A stretch of DNA of 64,000 bases, taken from contig CBDBGH010000003.1 of assembly GCA_965205265.1 (NCBI GenBank), positions 2,912,001-2,976,000 on the forward strand. Reading direction: 5' to 3'. Made by a program: the position numbers and the translations under genes. Below, one piece after another: positions 23,776 through 36,092 of this stretch (positions within the stretch are counted from its first letter, which is position 1; each line of letters starts with the position of its first letter). A model generated the notes under the pieces. It made no database searches and was not told the DNA's origin. It worked only from the letters and a program-made list of their open reading frames with translations. This DNA comes from Alphaproteobacteria bacterium (GTDB lineage: Bacteria > Pseudomonadota > Alphaproteobacteria > Bin95).

Positions 23776-25414
23776 CCTCCCGCGCCCTGATCCGGGCCCA
23801 GTCGTCGCGGAGCCCGATCGTGCGGTTGAAGCCGCCGTCGGGGTCGGCGGCGAAATAGCCGAGGCGCTCGAACTGCACCGGCCTGCCGGGCTCCAGGCCG
23901 GCCACGCCGGGCTCGAGGCGGCAATCCTCCAGCACCTCCAGCGAGTCGGGGTTCAGGTCTTCGAGGCCCGCCGGCTCGTCAGAGGCGAAGAGCGGACCGT
24001 AGAGCCGGACCGGGGCGCGCTCGGCATGGGCGGCGGAGACCCAGTGGATCGTCGCCTTCACCTTGCGCCCGTCCGGCGCGTTGCCGCCGCGCGTCTCCGG
24101 ATCGTAGCGGCAGCGTAACTCGACGATCTCGCCGTCCTCGTCCTTCACCGCTTCCAGGCAGGTGAGGAAAAAGGCGTAGCGCAGCCGCACCTCCCGGCCG
24201 GGCGCGAGGCGGAAGAACTTCCGGGGCGGGTCTTCCATGAAGTCGTCGCGCTCGATCCAGAGCTCGCGCGAGAACGGGACCTTGCGGCTGCCCGCATCCG
24301 GGTCGCCCGGATTGTTGGCGGCCTCCAGCCACTCCGTCTCGCCCTCGGGGTAGTTTTCGATCGTGACCCTGAGCGGCCTCAGCACGGCCATGCGCCGCTC
24401 GGCGGTGCGGTTCAGCCGTTCGCGCACGCAATGGTCGAGCAGCGCCGCCTCCACGCGGCCGGCGCTCTTCGAGATCGCGAGCCGGGAGACGAAGTCGCGC
24501 ACGGCCTCCGCCGGCACGCCCCGCCGGCGAAGGCCGCGCAGGGTCGGCATGCGCGGGTCGTCCCAGCCCGCCACATGGCCTTCTTCGACGAGGCGGGTCA
24601 GTACGCGCTTGGAGAGGATCGTCCCGGTCATGTCGAGCCGCGCGAACTCGTACTGGCGCGGGCGCGACGCGGCCGGCACGCGCTCCAGCAGCCAGTCGTA
24701 GAGCGGGCGGTGGTCGGCGAACTCCAGCGTGCAGAGCGAGTGCGTCACGCCCTCGATGGCGTCCGACTGGCCGTGCGCATAGTCGTAGGTCGGGTAGATG
24801 CGCCAGGCCTCGCCCGTGCGCGGATGCGCATGGTCTAGGATGCGGTAGAGCACCGGATCGCGCATATTGATATTGCCCGAGCCCATGTCGATGCGCGCGC
24901 GCAGCACACAGGCGCCGGGAGGAAACGCGCCGGCGCGCATCCGGCGCAGCAGGTCGAGGCTCTCGGCCGCCGGCCGGTCGCGCCAGGGGCCGGGCCGGCC
25001 AGGCTCCGTCAAGGTGCCGCGCGTCGCCCGGATTTCCTCCGCCGACTGCTCATCCACATAGGCATGGCCCGTCTCGACCAGATGCTCCGCCCACTCGTAG
25101 AGCGTCTCGAAATAGTCGGAGGCATGGACCGGCTCGCCCGCCCACTCGAAGCCGAGCCAGCGCACGTCCTCCTGGATGGCATCGATATAGGCCTGCTCCT
25201 CTTTCGCCGGGTTGGTGTCGTCGAAGCGCAGGTTGCAATGCCCGCCGAACTCCGCCGCCACGCCGAAATTGAGGCAGATCGACTTGGCGTGGCCGATATG
25301 CAGGAAGCCGTTGGGCTCCGGCGGGAAGCGGGTGACGACCGACGCGGCCCGGCCCTCCGCAAGGTCGGCGCGGATGCGGCTGCGGATGAAGTCCCCGCCC
25401 GTGGGCGCGTCCAT
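23759..25414 (-). CDS. glnS: glutamine--tRNA ligase
   Basis: [43 protein letters not shown]. Confidence 0.96.
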   Translation of the reverse strand: MDAPTGGDFIRSRIRADLAEGRAASVVTRFPPEPNGFLHIGHAKSICLNFGVAAEFGGHCNLRFDDTNPAKEEQAYIDAIQEDVRWLGFEWAGEPVHASDYFETLYEWAEHLVETGHAYVDEQSAEEIRATRGTLTEPGRPGPWRDRPAAESLDLLRRMRAGAFPPGACVLRARIDMGSGNINMRDPVLYRILDHAHPRTGEAWRIYPTYDYAHGQSDAIEGVTHSLCTLEFADHRPLYDWLLERVPAASRPRQYEFARLDMTGTILSKRVLTRLVEEGHVAGWDDPRMPTLRGLRRRGVPAEAVRDFVSRLAISKSAGRVEAALLDHCVRERLNRTAERRMAVLRPLRVTIENYPEGETEWLEAANNPGDPDAGSRKVPFSRELWIERDDFMEDPPRKFFRLAPGREVRLRYAFFLTCLEAVKDEDGEIVELRCRYDPETRGGNAPDGRKVKATIHWVSAAHAERAPVRLYGPLFASDEPAGLEDLNPDSLEVLEDCRLEPGVAGLEPGRPVQFERLGYFAADPDGGFNRTIGLRDDWARIRAREVRTAP

Positions 25415-25431
25415 GGAACCGGCGCTCCCTC

Positions 25432-26265
25432 TCAGAACGGCGATGTGCCGCGCGTCACGGTGCGGTGCAGCACCCGGGCTTCGCGGGCGCGCTCCTCGGC
25501 GCGGTGCAGCAGGCAGCGATTGTCCCACATCAGCAGGTCGCCCGGCTGCCACGGATGGCGATAGACGAAACGGTCCTCCGTGCTGTGCGCCTCGATCTCC
25601 TCCAGCAGCGCCTCGCCCTCCTTCCTGTCCATGCCGAGAATGTGCGAGGCGTGGTTGCCGATGAAGAACGCCTCCAAGCCGCTCTCGGGGTGGCGCCGCA
25701 CCAGCGGGTGCGCGACCGGCGGATAAACCGACGCCTCCTCCGGACTCGCTTCGCGCTCGCCGGATTTCCGGCAGGAACGCACCCAGTCATGCACCACCTT
25801 CATCCCCCGGAACGCCTCCCGCCGTTCCGGCGAATACGCCTCGAAGGCGCGGTTCATGTTGGCGAACTCGGTCTGTCCGCCTTGCGCCGGCACCTTCACG
25901 GCATAGAGGAAGGTCGCGCAGGACGGCACCGTCCGGTAGGACTTGTCCGAGTGCCAGCGCAGGTTCCCCTTCGCCGCCGCCTCGGGTCTCGGCCGCCCGT
26001 CGGCATCCAGGTTCGAGACCGTGTGGACGAGCGAGACGTCACCGCCCTTGTTGCGCTGGATATGCACGTCGAGCGGGCCGAACTGGAGCGTCGCCGCCAA
26101 TTGCGCCGGCTTGTCCAGCTCCTGGTCCCGGAAGCACAGGACATGGCGGTCCAGGAAGGCTTCGTTGAGCGCGGCCCGGTCGCCGTCGCCGAGAGGTTCG
26201 CGCAGATCGACGCCCCGGACCTCGGCTGCCAGCACATCGGAAAGCGGTTGGATGGCGACTGTCAT
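25432..26265 (-). CDS. TauD/TfdA family Fe(II)/2-oxoglutarate dioxygenase
   Basis: [22 protein letters not shown]. Confidence 0.93.
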   Translation of the reverse strand: MTVAIQPLSDVLAAEVRGVDLREPLGDGDRAALNEAFLDRHVLCFRDQELDKPAQLAATLQFGPLDVHIQRNKGGDVSLVHTVSNLDADGRPRPEAAAKGNLRWHSDKSYRTVPSCATFLYAVKVPAQGGQTEFANMNRAFEAYSPERREAFRGMKVVHDWVRSCRKSGEREASPEEASVYPPVAHPLVRRHPESGLEAFFIGNHASHILGMDRKEGEALLEEIEAHSTEDRFVYRHPWQPGDLLMWDNRCLLHRAEERAREARVLHRTVTRGTSPF

Positions 26266-26328
26266 GGGCTCCAATCTAGCCGAGCGCCGGGCAGAGCGGT
26301 AGCGCCCTGGATCGCCGCCTCGGCGCCG

Positions 26329-26360
26329 AAAGCAAAACGCCGGGCCCTGGGGCCCGGCGT
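26329..26360 (-). terminator. intrinsic terminator after hsp20
   Basis: GC stem ACGCCGGGCC/GGCCCGGCGT followed by TTTGCTTT on the - strand. Confidence 0.75.
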
Positions 26361-26394
26361 CCGGTTGCGTGAATGTAGAGGGCGGTGTCGGCAA

Positions 26395-26844
26395 TCAGGC
26401 CGCTTCGAGGGTCTGCGGCGCGCCGGAGCCGATCTCGATCCGGCGCGGCTTCAGCGCCTCGGGCACCTCACTCACCAGCTCGACGGCGAGCATGCCGTTC
26501 TCCAGCTTCGCGCCGGCGGCCTTCACATGCTCGGCGAGGCGGAAGGTGCGCCGGAACTGCCGGGTCGCGATGCCGCGATGCAGGAAGACGCGGCTGTCGT
26601 CCTGGCTCCGGACCTTGCCGGCGATCACGAGCTCGTCGCCCTTCGCCTCGATCGCAAGGTCCTCTTCGCCGAAGCCGGCCACCGCCATCTCGATGCGGTA
26701 GGTGTGCTCGCCGGTCTTGACGATGTTGCAGGGCGGATAGTGCTCCGCCGTCGCGTCGGCGTTCATGACGCGGTCGAAGTTCTTCATCAGCCGTTCGAAG
26801 CCGATGGTGGACCGCAGGAGAGGGGAGAAATCGAATGCCGTCAT
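26395..26844 (-). CDS. ibpA: small heat shock protein (IbpA-like)
   Basis: DFSPLLRSTIGFER, YPPCNI, LHRGIA, LENGML, KPRRIEI. Confidence 0.93.
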   Translation of the reverse strand: MTAFDFSPLLRSTIGFERLMKNFDRVMNADATAEHYPPCNIVKTGEHTYRIEMAVAGFGEEDLAIEAKGDELVIAGKVRSQDDSRVFLHRGIATRQFRRTFRLAEHVKAAGAKLENGMLAVELVSEVPEALKPRRIEIGSGAPQTLEAA

Positions 26845-26870
26845 CGGTCATCCTCCTTGAGAAGCGATTG
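26845..26870 (-). promoter_or_regulatory. ROSE-like RNA thermometer hairpin over the SD
   Basis: AUC-G(bulge)-CUUC-UCAA-GGAG-GAU upstream of the hsp20 start; UCGCU paired to the SD. Confidence 0.65.
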
Positions 26871-26951
26871 TCGATGTCTCTGGGCCCGCCGCTCATCGGC
26901 CGGACCCGCCGTCCTCCGCTCCCGTCATCCGGCGAGCCTCGGACAACCCCC

Positions 26952-26979
26952 AGATGGGGAGGCGCAGCGGCGATTCAAG
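26952..26979 (-). promoter_or_regulatory. RpoH (sigma32) promoter
   Basis: CTTGAA-14 nt-CCCCATCT upstream of hsp20. Confidence 0.85.
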
Positions 26980-27060
26980 ACCCCGGAGCGATTCTTTCGA
27001 CACCAGCCGCATGGCCGACGCCCGCAGCCCGTCTCTCCGGCGCGCGGAGACCGGCTTGGT

Positions 27061-27580
27061 TGTCATGGCGTGTCATGTTTTGTCATGCGGCGTCCCGCGT
27101 CTCCCCGCGATGCGTCATGAAATGTCATGATCCGCATGCCCATGACGCATAAGCGATGGTCGTTTCGGGCATGACGCCATCCTTTCGGGCAGGAACTGCG
27201 GGTATTCCGTCCGGTTTCCCCGGCTTCGCGTCGTCGGCATGGGCCTTTCCTTTCGATCCGTCTTCGTTCCAGCCTGTCCGCCGCCGGCCGGCCAGCGGCG
27301 GGACCCTGATTCGCGCGTATCCTGCGCGGGCGCCTGTGCGCGGGTAGGCGCGCGTTTCGCGGCGGCGCGAATCGTGCGCCTGATTGCCCGCGCGCGCCCG
27401 CGTGTGAGCCAACCGCAGGACGCACCTGTCCTGTCAGTTTCACAGGGGCTTTTTTTCGCGCCGGCGCGAAACGGGCAAGCAAACGGCTCCCAGGACGCCG
27501 CTTCCTTCCCTGCGCCCTATCTAGTGTCTGATTTTTATGATGTCAATCTACAATTAGAATTTTTTCTGATTTAATGAACA
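27061..27580 (-). repeat. unannotated intergenic element, copy 2
   Basis: Reverse complement collinear with 14310-14855: promoter, palindrome, core 27294-27404, mini-ORF, CATGACA boxes. Confidence 0.8.
27519..27546 (-). promoter_or_regulatory. sigma70-type promoter heading repeat element copy 2
   Basis: TTGAC-17 nt-CTAGAT, like the alphaproteobacterial TTGAC-N17-CTATAT consensus; same relative position as in copy 1. Confidence 0.7.
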
Positions 27581-27634
27581 AACACCAAGCTTTCGCCGCT
27601 GGCGAGACCTGCTCCCTTCCGGCCTCGCATTGCC

Positions 27635-28912
27635 CTACTTCCCGATGCAGAACTCCCGGAAGATCGCGTCCAGCAGGTCTTCCACATCGACGCGGCCGGT
27701 GACGCGGCCAAGCGCGCGGACGGCGAGGCGGAGGTCTTCGGCGGCGAGGTCGGTCTGGGGCGCGGCGGCGAAGCGGTCGAGCGCCTCGGCTGACTGCCTG
27801 AGCGCGTGGACATGCCGGGCGCGGAGCGCGCCGGGCGGGCCGGCGACGCGCGAGCGCACGGCGTCCGCTATGGCGCCGCGCAGCGCCTCCAGCCCCTCTC
27901 CCGTCCGGGCGGAGACGGCGAGGCCGGGGCCCGGCGCCGCGCCGAGATCGGCCTTGGTGCGGACGGCGAGGCCCGGCATGTCCGGCGGCGGCGGGGCGTC
28001 GGGGGCGGTCAGCAGCAGGCAGAGATCGGCCGATTCCGCCTCGGCGCGCGCCCGGCGCATGCCCTCCCGCTCGATGGGGTCCTGGCTCTCATGCAGGCCC
28101 GCCATGTCGATCAGACGCACCAGATAGCCTTCCATGACCAGCCGCGCCTCCAGCACGTCGCGCGTCGTGCCGGCCGACGGCGAGGTAATGGCGACCTCGC
28201 GCGCGGCGAGCGCGTTCAGGAGGCTCGACTTGCCGGCATTGGGCGCGCCCGCCAGCGCCACCCGGAAGCCGTCGCGCACGACCTCGCCGCGCGCGCCGGC
28301 GGCCAGCGCCTCGGCCATTTCCGCGCGCGTCTCCGCTACCGTGTCCGCGACATGCGCCTCCAGCCCGTCCGGCAGCTCCTCGTCGCTGAAGTCGATGGCG
28401 GCCTCGATATGGGCAAGCGCCCCGACCAGCCGTTCCCGCCAGCCGTCGAACTGCCGCGCCAGCCCGCCGCCGAGTGCATGGAGCGCCTGCCGGCGCTGGC
28501 CCTCGGTCTCGGCGTCGATGAGCTCGGCAAGGCCCTCCACCGCCGTCAGGTCCATGCGCCCGGCCTCGAAGGCGCGCCGGGTGAATTCGCCGGGCTCCGC
28601 CGGGCGCAGGCCGTCCAGCCGCATCAGCGCCGCCTGCACCGCATCCATCACGACGGGCGCGCCGTGGAGATGCAATTCGGCGGCGTCCTCGCCGGTGAAG
28701 CTCGCCGGACCCGGAAACCAGAGCGCGAGGCCCCGGTCCAGCAGTTCGCCGGTCTCCGGGTCGCGGACGGCGCGCAGCACCGCCCGGCGCGGCTCCGGCA
28801 GCGGCCCCGCCAGCGCCGCGAGCGCCCGCCCCGCTTCCGGCCCGGAGAGGCGCAGCACGGCGATGCCGGCGCGGCCCGGCGCCGTCGCCTCGGCGAAGAT
28901 CGTGTCCGGCAG
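27635..28912 (-). CDS. mnmE: tRNA modification GTPase MnmE
   Basis: [48 protein letters not shown]; start placed at CTG 28912 (uncertain). Confidence 0.95.
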   Translation of the reverse strand: MPDTIFAEATAPGRAGIAVLRLSGPEAGRALAALAGPLPEPRRAVLRAVRDPETGELLDRGLALWFPGPASFTGEDAAELHLHGAPVVMDAVQAALMRLDGLRPAEPGEFTRRAFEAGRMDLTAVEGLAELIDAETEGQRRQALHALGGGLARQFDGWRERLVGALAHIEAAIDFSDEELPDGLEAHVADTVAETRAEMAEALAAGARGEVVRDGFRVALAGAPNAGKSSLLNALAAREVAITSPSAGTTRDVLEARLVMEGYLVRLIDMAGLHESQDPIEREGMRRARAEAESADLCLLLTAPDAPPPPDMPGLAVRTKADLGAAPGPGLAVSARTGEGLEALRGAIADAVRSRVAGPPGALRARHVHALRQSAEALDRFAAAPQTDLAAEDLRLAVRALGRVTGRVDVEDLLDAIFREFCIGK

Positions 28913-28917
28913 GTCCC

Positions 28918-29238
28918 TCAGGCGTCGGGGTCGAGCATGAGCCGGGAGACCCGGCCGCCGCCCTTCAGGTGGGTTTCGAGGATCTCGTCGATATCCGCCT
29001 CGTTCTCGTAGCGGTACCAGATGCCCTCGGGATAGATGACCATGGTCGGCCCGAGCTCGCAGCGGTCGAGGCAGCCGGCAATGTTGATCCGCGTATTCGG
29101 CAGCGACCGGGCGCGCGCCTTCATGTAGGCGCGCAGCTTCTCCGAGCCCTTCTCACTGCAGCAGCCGCGCGGATGGCCGGGCGGACGGGTATTGGTGCAA
29201 CAGAACACATGCGCGTCGTAATAGAGCGCGTCCGCCAT
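28918..29238 (-). CDS. thioredoxin-like [2Fe-2S] ferredoxin
   Basis: [34 protein letters not shown]. Confidence 0.93.
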   Translation of the reverse strand: MADALYYDAHVFCCTNTRPPGHPRGCCSEKGSEKLRAYMKARARSLPNTRINIAGCLDRCELGPTMVIYPEGIWYRYENEADIDEILETHLKGGGRVSRLMLDPDA

Positions 29239-29286
29239 GATTTCCTTCCTCGCATCCGGGAGAGCGCCAGTTTACCCTCGCTGCCC

Positions 29287-31293
<2,007 letters not shown>

Positions 31294-31305
31294 GAGGAGG
31301 AGGCC

Positions 31306-32439
31306 ATGCACGACCTGTTGTTGAAGGGCGGACGGGTGATCGATCCCGGCGGCGGGGTGGACCGCGTGGCCGACGTCGCTTTCGCCGAAGGCCGGGTCGC
31401 GGAGATCGGGCCCGATCTCCCGGCGGAGGAAGCCCGCGAGGTGCGCGATGTGAGCAGCCGCATCGTCACGCCCGGCCTCATCGACCTGCACACGCATGTC
31501 TATTGGGGCGGCACCTCCATCGGCGTCGATCCGGAGGCGATCGCCAGGCAGGGCGCCACGACGACGCTGGTCGATGCCGGGACCGCCGGGCCGGCCAATC
31601 TGGCGGGCTTCCGGCGCCATGTGATCGAGCCCGCAAGGCCGCGCGTGCTGCCGTTCCTAAACGTCTCCTTTCCGGGGATATTCGCCTTCAGCGAAGCGGT
31701 GATGGTCGGAGAATGCCAGGACATGCGCCTGCTCGATGCTCGCGAATGCGTGCGCGTGGCGCGCGAGCACGCGGACCTGGTGGTGGGCATCAAGGTGAGG
31801 GTCGGCCTCGGCGCCGGCGGGTCGAGCGGCATCGCCCCGCTCGACATCGCGCTCGAGGTGGCCGAGGAGCTCGGGCTGCCGGTCATGGCGCATCTGGACT
31901 TCCCGCCGCCCAGCCGCCGCGAGGTGATGGACCGGCTGCGCCCCGGCGACGTGCTGACGCACTGTTTCCGGTCCTTCCCGAACAGCCCGGCGGGGGCCGA
32001 CGGACGGGTGCGCGAGGAAACGCTGGCGGCGCGCGAGCGCGGCGTCATCTTCGACATCGGCCACGGCAAGGGCTCTTTCGGCTTCGGCACCGGGCGCGCC
32101 ATGCTGGCCGCGGGGTTCATGCCGGACTGCATCTCGAGCGACGTGCACACGCTTTCCATCGGCGGCCCCGCCTACGACCTGCTGGTCACCATGTCCAAGT
32201 TCCTCTGCCTCGGCATGCCGCTCATCGAGGTGCTGCGCGCGGCGACGAGCGCGCCCGCGGCGGCGCTCAGGCGGCCCGGTCTCGGCAGCCTGGAGCCGGG
32301 CGTGGCGGCCGATGCCTCCGTGCTGGAGCTGCGCGCCGGGCGCTTCGATTATGAGGACGCCGACGGTGTCGTGCTCGGCGGCAAGGAACGCCTGTTCCCC
32401 GCCGGAATGGTGATCGGCGGGCATTGGTGGGAAGACTGA
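31306..32439 (+). CDS. amidohydrolase/deacetylase (dihydroorotase-like)
   Basis: PGLIDLHTH, GIKVR, THCF, DIGHG.GSF, ISSDVH. Confidence 0.9.
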   Translation: MHDLLLKGGRVIDPGGGVDRVADVAFAEGRVAEIGPDLPAEEAREVRDVSSRIVTPGLIDLHTHVYWGGTSIGVDPEAIARQGATTTLVDAGTAGPANLAGFRRHVIEPARPRVLPFLNVSFPGIFAFSEAVMVGECQDMRLLDARECVRVAREHADLVVGIKVRVGLGAGGSSGIAPLDIALEVAEELGLPVMAHLDFPPPSRREVMDRLRPGDVLTHCFRSFPNSPAGADGRVREETLAARERGVIFDIGHGKGSFGFGTGRAMLAAGFMPDCISSDVHTLSIGGPAYDLLVTMSKFLCLGMPLIEVLRAATSAPAAALRRPGLGSLEPGVAADASVLELRAGRFDYEDADGVVLGGKERLFPAGMVIGGHWWED

Positions 32440-32446
32440 ATAGATA

Positions 32447-32475
32447 TTGACTATGGTTTCAGACCATAGTAAGTT
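32447..32475 (+). promoter_or_regulatory. TA operon promoter with palindromic operator
   Basis: TTGACT-17 nt-TAAGTT overlapped by ACTATGGT-N5-ACCATAGT (32450-32470). Confidence 0.75.
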
Positions 32476-32509
32476 TGCGGAAATCGGGCTTGCAGGGAAG
32501 GACGGGGCC

Positions 32510-33049
32510 ATGACGCGTCGGGGCGGCCGTTACACGGTGAAGGACCTGGCGGCGGCTCTGGATGCCGAGCCGGCTGTGGTGCGGCGGCATTTGCGCTCGC
32601 TCGGCGTCCATGGCGGCGCCGCCTGGCGCCATGAGTGGGAGGCCGGCCGTTACAACCGTTTGCTGGAGGTCGTCGGGCGGCGAATCGCCGAGGGCGTTCC
32701 GGCAGGCAGCATTGCATACGAAACCGGGCTTGGCCGGGATGAGGCGCACGGGGAATTGCAGGAAGCGCCTGCGGTATTCGCGGGGCTGGAGACGCCGGAG
32801 GCGCCGGCATCTCCGGAGGGGATGGAGGAAATGCAGATATCCCTCTTCAAGGCCAAATGCCTTGCGGTGCTCGAACGGGTGGGGAAGACCGGCAAGCCCG
32901 TTCTGGTGACGCGGTTCGGCCAGCCGGTGGCGCAGATCGTGCCGCCGCCTTCCGGCGACTGGCTGGGCGCCATGGCCGGCACGGGGCAGATCCTGGGCGA
33001 CCTCACGGCGCCTGTGGCGGACCCGGAGGAATGGGAGGCGCTGGGCTAG
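32510..33049 (+). CDS. Phd/YefM antitoxin with N-terminal HTH-like extension
   Basis: C-terminal ISLFKAKCLAVLERVGKTGKPVLVTRFGQPVAQIVP; N-terminal YTVKDLAAALDAEPAVVRRHLR. Confidence 0.8.
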   Translation: MTRRGGRYTVKDLAAALDAEPAVVRRHLRSLGVHGGAAWRHEWEAGRYNRLLEVVGRRIAEGVPAGSIAYETGLGRDEAHGELQEAPAVFAGLETPEAPASPEGMEEMQISLFKAKCLAVLERVGKTGKPVLVTRFGQPVAQIVPPPSGDWLGAMAGTGQILGDLTAPVADPEEWEALG

Positions 33050-33055
33050 ACGGCG

Positions 33056-33445
33056 GTGCTGCTGGATACGCATATCTGGCTCTGGGCGCTGCTCGACCCC
33101 GCCCGGCTCTCCCGCGCCGTGCGCGCCCTGCTCGCCTCGCCGGCGGAGACGCTCAGGCTCTCCCCGATCAGCGTGTGGGAGGCCATGATGCTGGCGGAGC
33201 GCGGCAGGATTGCGCTCGAGCCGGACCCGCGAAGCTGGCTGGACAGGGCCCTGGCGACAGCCCCCGTCACCGAGGCGCCGCTCACCTTCGAGGTGGCCAT
33301 GGCCAGCCGCAGCATCGCCCTTGAGCACCGGGACCCCGCGGACCGCTTCATCGCCGCGAGCGCACTGGTCTTCGACCTGACACTGGTGACGGCCGATGCG
33401 CGGCTGCTCGACTGTCCGGATATCGAGGTGCTGCCCAACCGCTGA
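33056..33445 (+). CDS. VapC/PIN toxin
   Basis: LLDTHIWLW, SPISVWE, HRDPADRFI, LVTAD. Confidence 0.93.
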   Translation: MLLDTHIWLWALLDPARLSRAVRALLASPAETLRLSPISVWEAMMLAERGRIALEPDPRSWLDRALATAPVTEAPLTFEVAMASRSIALEHRDPADRFIAASALVFDLTLVTADARLLDCPDIEVLPNR

Positions 33446-33465
33446 GGCCGGCAGGGCCGGTTCCC

Positions 33466-34134
33466 CTAACCTTTCCCGGCCCCCGCGCCGAGATAGCGGG
33501 CGAGCGCGACGGCGAGCGCGGCGCCGACGAACTGGGCGAGGATGAAGGCGGGCGCATCCTCCGGCCGGATGCCGGAGAAGGTGTCTGTGAAGGCGCGCGC
33601 CACCGTCACCGCCGGGTTGGCGAAGGAAGTGGACGCCGTGAACCAGTAGCCGGCGGTGATGTAGAGCCCGACCGCCCAGGCCACGGCCTCCGATTTCGCC
33701 TTCAGGCAGAGCAGGATGGTGAACACCAGACCGAAGGCCGCTATCCCCTCCGAGAAGGCCTGCGCGAAGCCCGACCGCTCCTTGCCCGATGCGAAGAACA
33801 GCTCCGGCTGCTCGAACATGATGTGCGCGACCGCCACGCCCAGCAGGCCGCCCGCCACCTGCACGAGAATGTAGAGCGCCGCATCGCCCGGCCCGATCTC
33901 GCGCCGCATCAGGAAGGCGGCCGTCACCGCCGGGTTGAAATGCGCGCCCGAGACCGGGCCCAGGATCAGGATCAGCACCACGAGGATGGCGCCCGTCGCG
34001 ATGGTGTTGCCGAGCAGCGCGATGGCCACATTTCCGCCGGCGAGCGTCTCGCCCATGATGCCGGAGCCCACCACCACGGCAAGTAGCATGGCGGTACCTG
34101 CGAATTCCGCAGTCAGTCGTCGGGAAAGGGTCAT
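33466..34134 (-). CDS. MIP/aquaporin family channel (AqpS-like)
   Basis: [10 protein letters not shown] and [12 protein letters not shown] boxes. Confidence 0.92.
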   Translation of the reverse strand: MTLSRRLTAEFAGTAMLLAVVVGSGIMGETLAGGNVAIALLGNTIATGAILVVLILILGPVSGAHFNPAVTAAFLMRREIGPGDAALYILVQVAGGLLGVAVAHIMFEQPELFFASGKERSGFAQAFSEGIAAFGLVFTILLCLKAKSEAVAWAVGLYITAGYWFTASTSFANPAVTVARAFTDTFSGIRPEDAPAFILAQFVGAALAVALARYLGAGAGKG

Positions 34135-35306
34135 GCCGCGGCCTCCAGCGCCGCCACGCCGGGCAGCACCCGGCCTTCCAGCCATTCGAGGAACGCTCCG
34201 CCCGCGGTCGAGACGTAGCCGAACCGTTCGACCACGCCGGCCTGAGCGAGCGCGGCCACCGTGTCGCCGCCGCCCGCGACGGTCAGCAGGCCCTTCATGC
34301 CGGCAGCGGCCTGCGCCACCTCATTGGTGCCCCGGTCGAAGGGCGGCACCTCGAATGCGCCGAGCGGGCCGTTCCAGACCAGCGAGCGCAGCAGCTCCAG
34401 CCGGTCGATCAGGCCGGCGGCGCTCTCCGGGCCGATATCGAGGATCATGGCGTCGGGCGGCACCTCGTCCACCGTCACGACCTCTGCCGGCGCGCCGGCT
34501 TCGAGCGCGGGCGCCACGACCGCGTCCTCAGGCAGCACCACCGTGCAGCCGCACCGTTCCGCGTCGTCGAGGACGTGCCGCGCCATCTCCGCCATGTCGC
34601 GCTCGCAAAGGCTCCTGCCGACCTCGTATCCCTGGGCGTGGAGAAAGGTGTTCGCCATGCCGCCGCCGATGGCAAGCATATCGACCCGGGCAACCAGGTT
34701 GCCGAGCAGGTTGAGCTTGGTCGAGACCTTGGCGCCGCCGACGATCGCCCCCGACGGACGCTCGGGCGCATCGAGCGCCGCCTCCAGCGCCTCCAGCTCC
34801 TGCTGCATCAGTCGCCCCGCCGCGGCCGGAAGCAGCCGCGCCAGCGCCTCGGTGGAGGCGTGCGCCCGGTGCGCAGCGGAGAAGGCATCGTTCACATAGG
34901 CGTCGCCGAGCGCGGCCAGCCGGGCGGCGTAGTCCGGGTCGTTGGCCTCTTCGCCGGGGTCGAAGCGCAGGTTCTCCAGCAGCGCCACCCCGCCCGCCGG
35001 CAGGCCGGCGATTACCGCAGCCGGGTCCTCCGCCGCAAAGGCGACCGGCGCTTCCAGCGCATCGGCCAGCGCCGCCGCCACCGGGCGCAGCGAAAGCTCG
35101 GGCGCAGGCCTGCCCTTCGGCCTTCCGAGATGCGAGAGCACGACGACGCGCGCGCCCTGCCCCGCGAGTTCGCGGATCGTCGGCAGCGTCCGTTCGATGC
35201 GCGTGGCGTCGCCCACCCGGCCGTCGCGCATGGGCACGTTGAGGTCGGCGCGCAGCAGCACGGTCAGCCCGGCCGCGTCGAGCCCGTCCAGCGTCGGCAC
35301 CGCCAT
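34131..35306 (-). CDS. pgk: phosphoglycerate kinase
   Basis: [37 protein letters not shown]. Confidence 0.98.
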   Translation of the reverse strand: MAVPTLDGLDAAGLTVLLRADLNVPMRDGRVGDATRIERTLPTIRELAGQGARVVVLSHLGRPKGRPAPELSLRPVAAALADALEAPVAFAAEDPAAVIAGLPAGGVALLENLRFDPGEEANDPDYAARLAALGDAYVNDAFSAAHRAHASTEALARLLPAAAGRLMQQELEALEAALDAPERPSGAIVGGAKVSTKLNLLGNLVARVDMLAIGGGMANTFLHAQGYEVGRSLCERDMAEMARHVLDDAERCGCTVVLPEDAVVAPALEAGAPAEVVTVDEVPPDAMILDIGPESAAGLIDRLELLRSLVWNGPLGAFEVPPFDRGTNEVAQAAAGMKGLLTVAGGGDTVAALAQAGVVERFGYVSTAGGAFLEWLEGRVLPGVAALEAAA

Positions 35307-36055
35307 CAGTTGTTGCCGACCGCGCCGCCCAGCGCGTCCCCGATCTCGTCATGCACGGTGAGGTCCGCGAAGCGGTCTAGGTCGGTCGGCTCGCGGTTGA
35401 CGATGGCGAGGAAGGCGCCGTTGCGCTTCGCCGCGACGGGGAAGCCGGCCGCCGGATAGACCACCAGCGAGGAGCCGCAGACGATGAACAGGTCGGCGGC
35501 CATCGTCTCGAGCTCGGCCCGGCGCATGGCGTCTTCCGGCATGGCCTGGCCGAAGGAGATCGTCGCCGTCTTCACCATGCCGCCGCAGGAGCCGCAGACC
35601 GGCAGCGTCTCGTCCTTGCGGAACGCCGCCAGAATGTCGTCCAGCTCGTAGCGCAGTTTGCAATCGAGGCAGGCGGCATAGGTCGAGTTGCCGTGAAGCT
35701 CGATAACCTTGTCGTCCGGCACGCCGGATGCCTGGTGCAGACCGTCGATATTCTGCGTGATGACGGCCGCGACGATGCGGCGCTCGACCAGCGCCGCCAC
35801 GGCCCGGTGGCCCCGGTTCGGCTGCGCGTTCGCCATCGTCTTGTCGGTCTCGATCTTGCGCCGCCAGGTCTCGCGCCGCATCTCCTCGGAGGAGACGAAG
35901 TCGTCGAACATGATCGGCTTGTAGCGGTCCCAGACGCCGCCGGGGCTGCGGAAATCCGGAATGCCGGACTCGGTGCTGATGCCCGCGCCCGTGAACACCA
36001 CCGCGCGCCGCGCCTTGCCGATCGCCTCCCTCAGCCGTTCGATGCCGTCCGTCAT
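35306..36055 (-). CDS. cobB: Sir2/CobB NAD-dependent deacylase
   Basis: [29 protein letters not shown], two Cxx[11 protein letters not shown]. Confidence 0.9.
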   Translation of the reverse strand: MTDGIERLREAIGKARRAVVFTGAGISTESGIPDFRSPGGVWDRYKPIMFDDFVSSEEMRRETWRRKIETDKTMANAQPNRGHRAVAALVERRIVAAVITQNIDGLHQASGVPDDKVIELHGNSTYAACLDCKLRYELDDILAAFRKDETLPVCGSCGGMVKTATISFGQAMPEDAMRRAELETMAADLFIVCGSSLVVYPAAGFPVAAKRNGAFLAIVNREPTDLDRFADLTVHDEIGDALGGAVGNN

Positions 36056-36092
36056 CGCCGCCTCCGCCCTCTGTTCGCCGCCCAGTCTTAGG

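Noticed and set aside
27061-27129. Short repeats as a CRISPR array
   Set aside because: 7-bp units with 3-nt linkers, no spacer-sized unique sequences, no cas genes
35306-36055. Sir2 as an anti-phage defence effector
   Set aside because: Canonical zinc-binding CobB-type deacylase among housekeeping genes, with no defence partners
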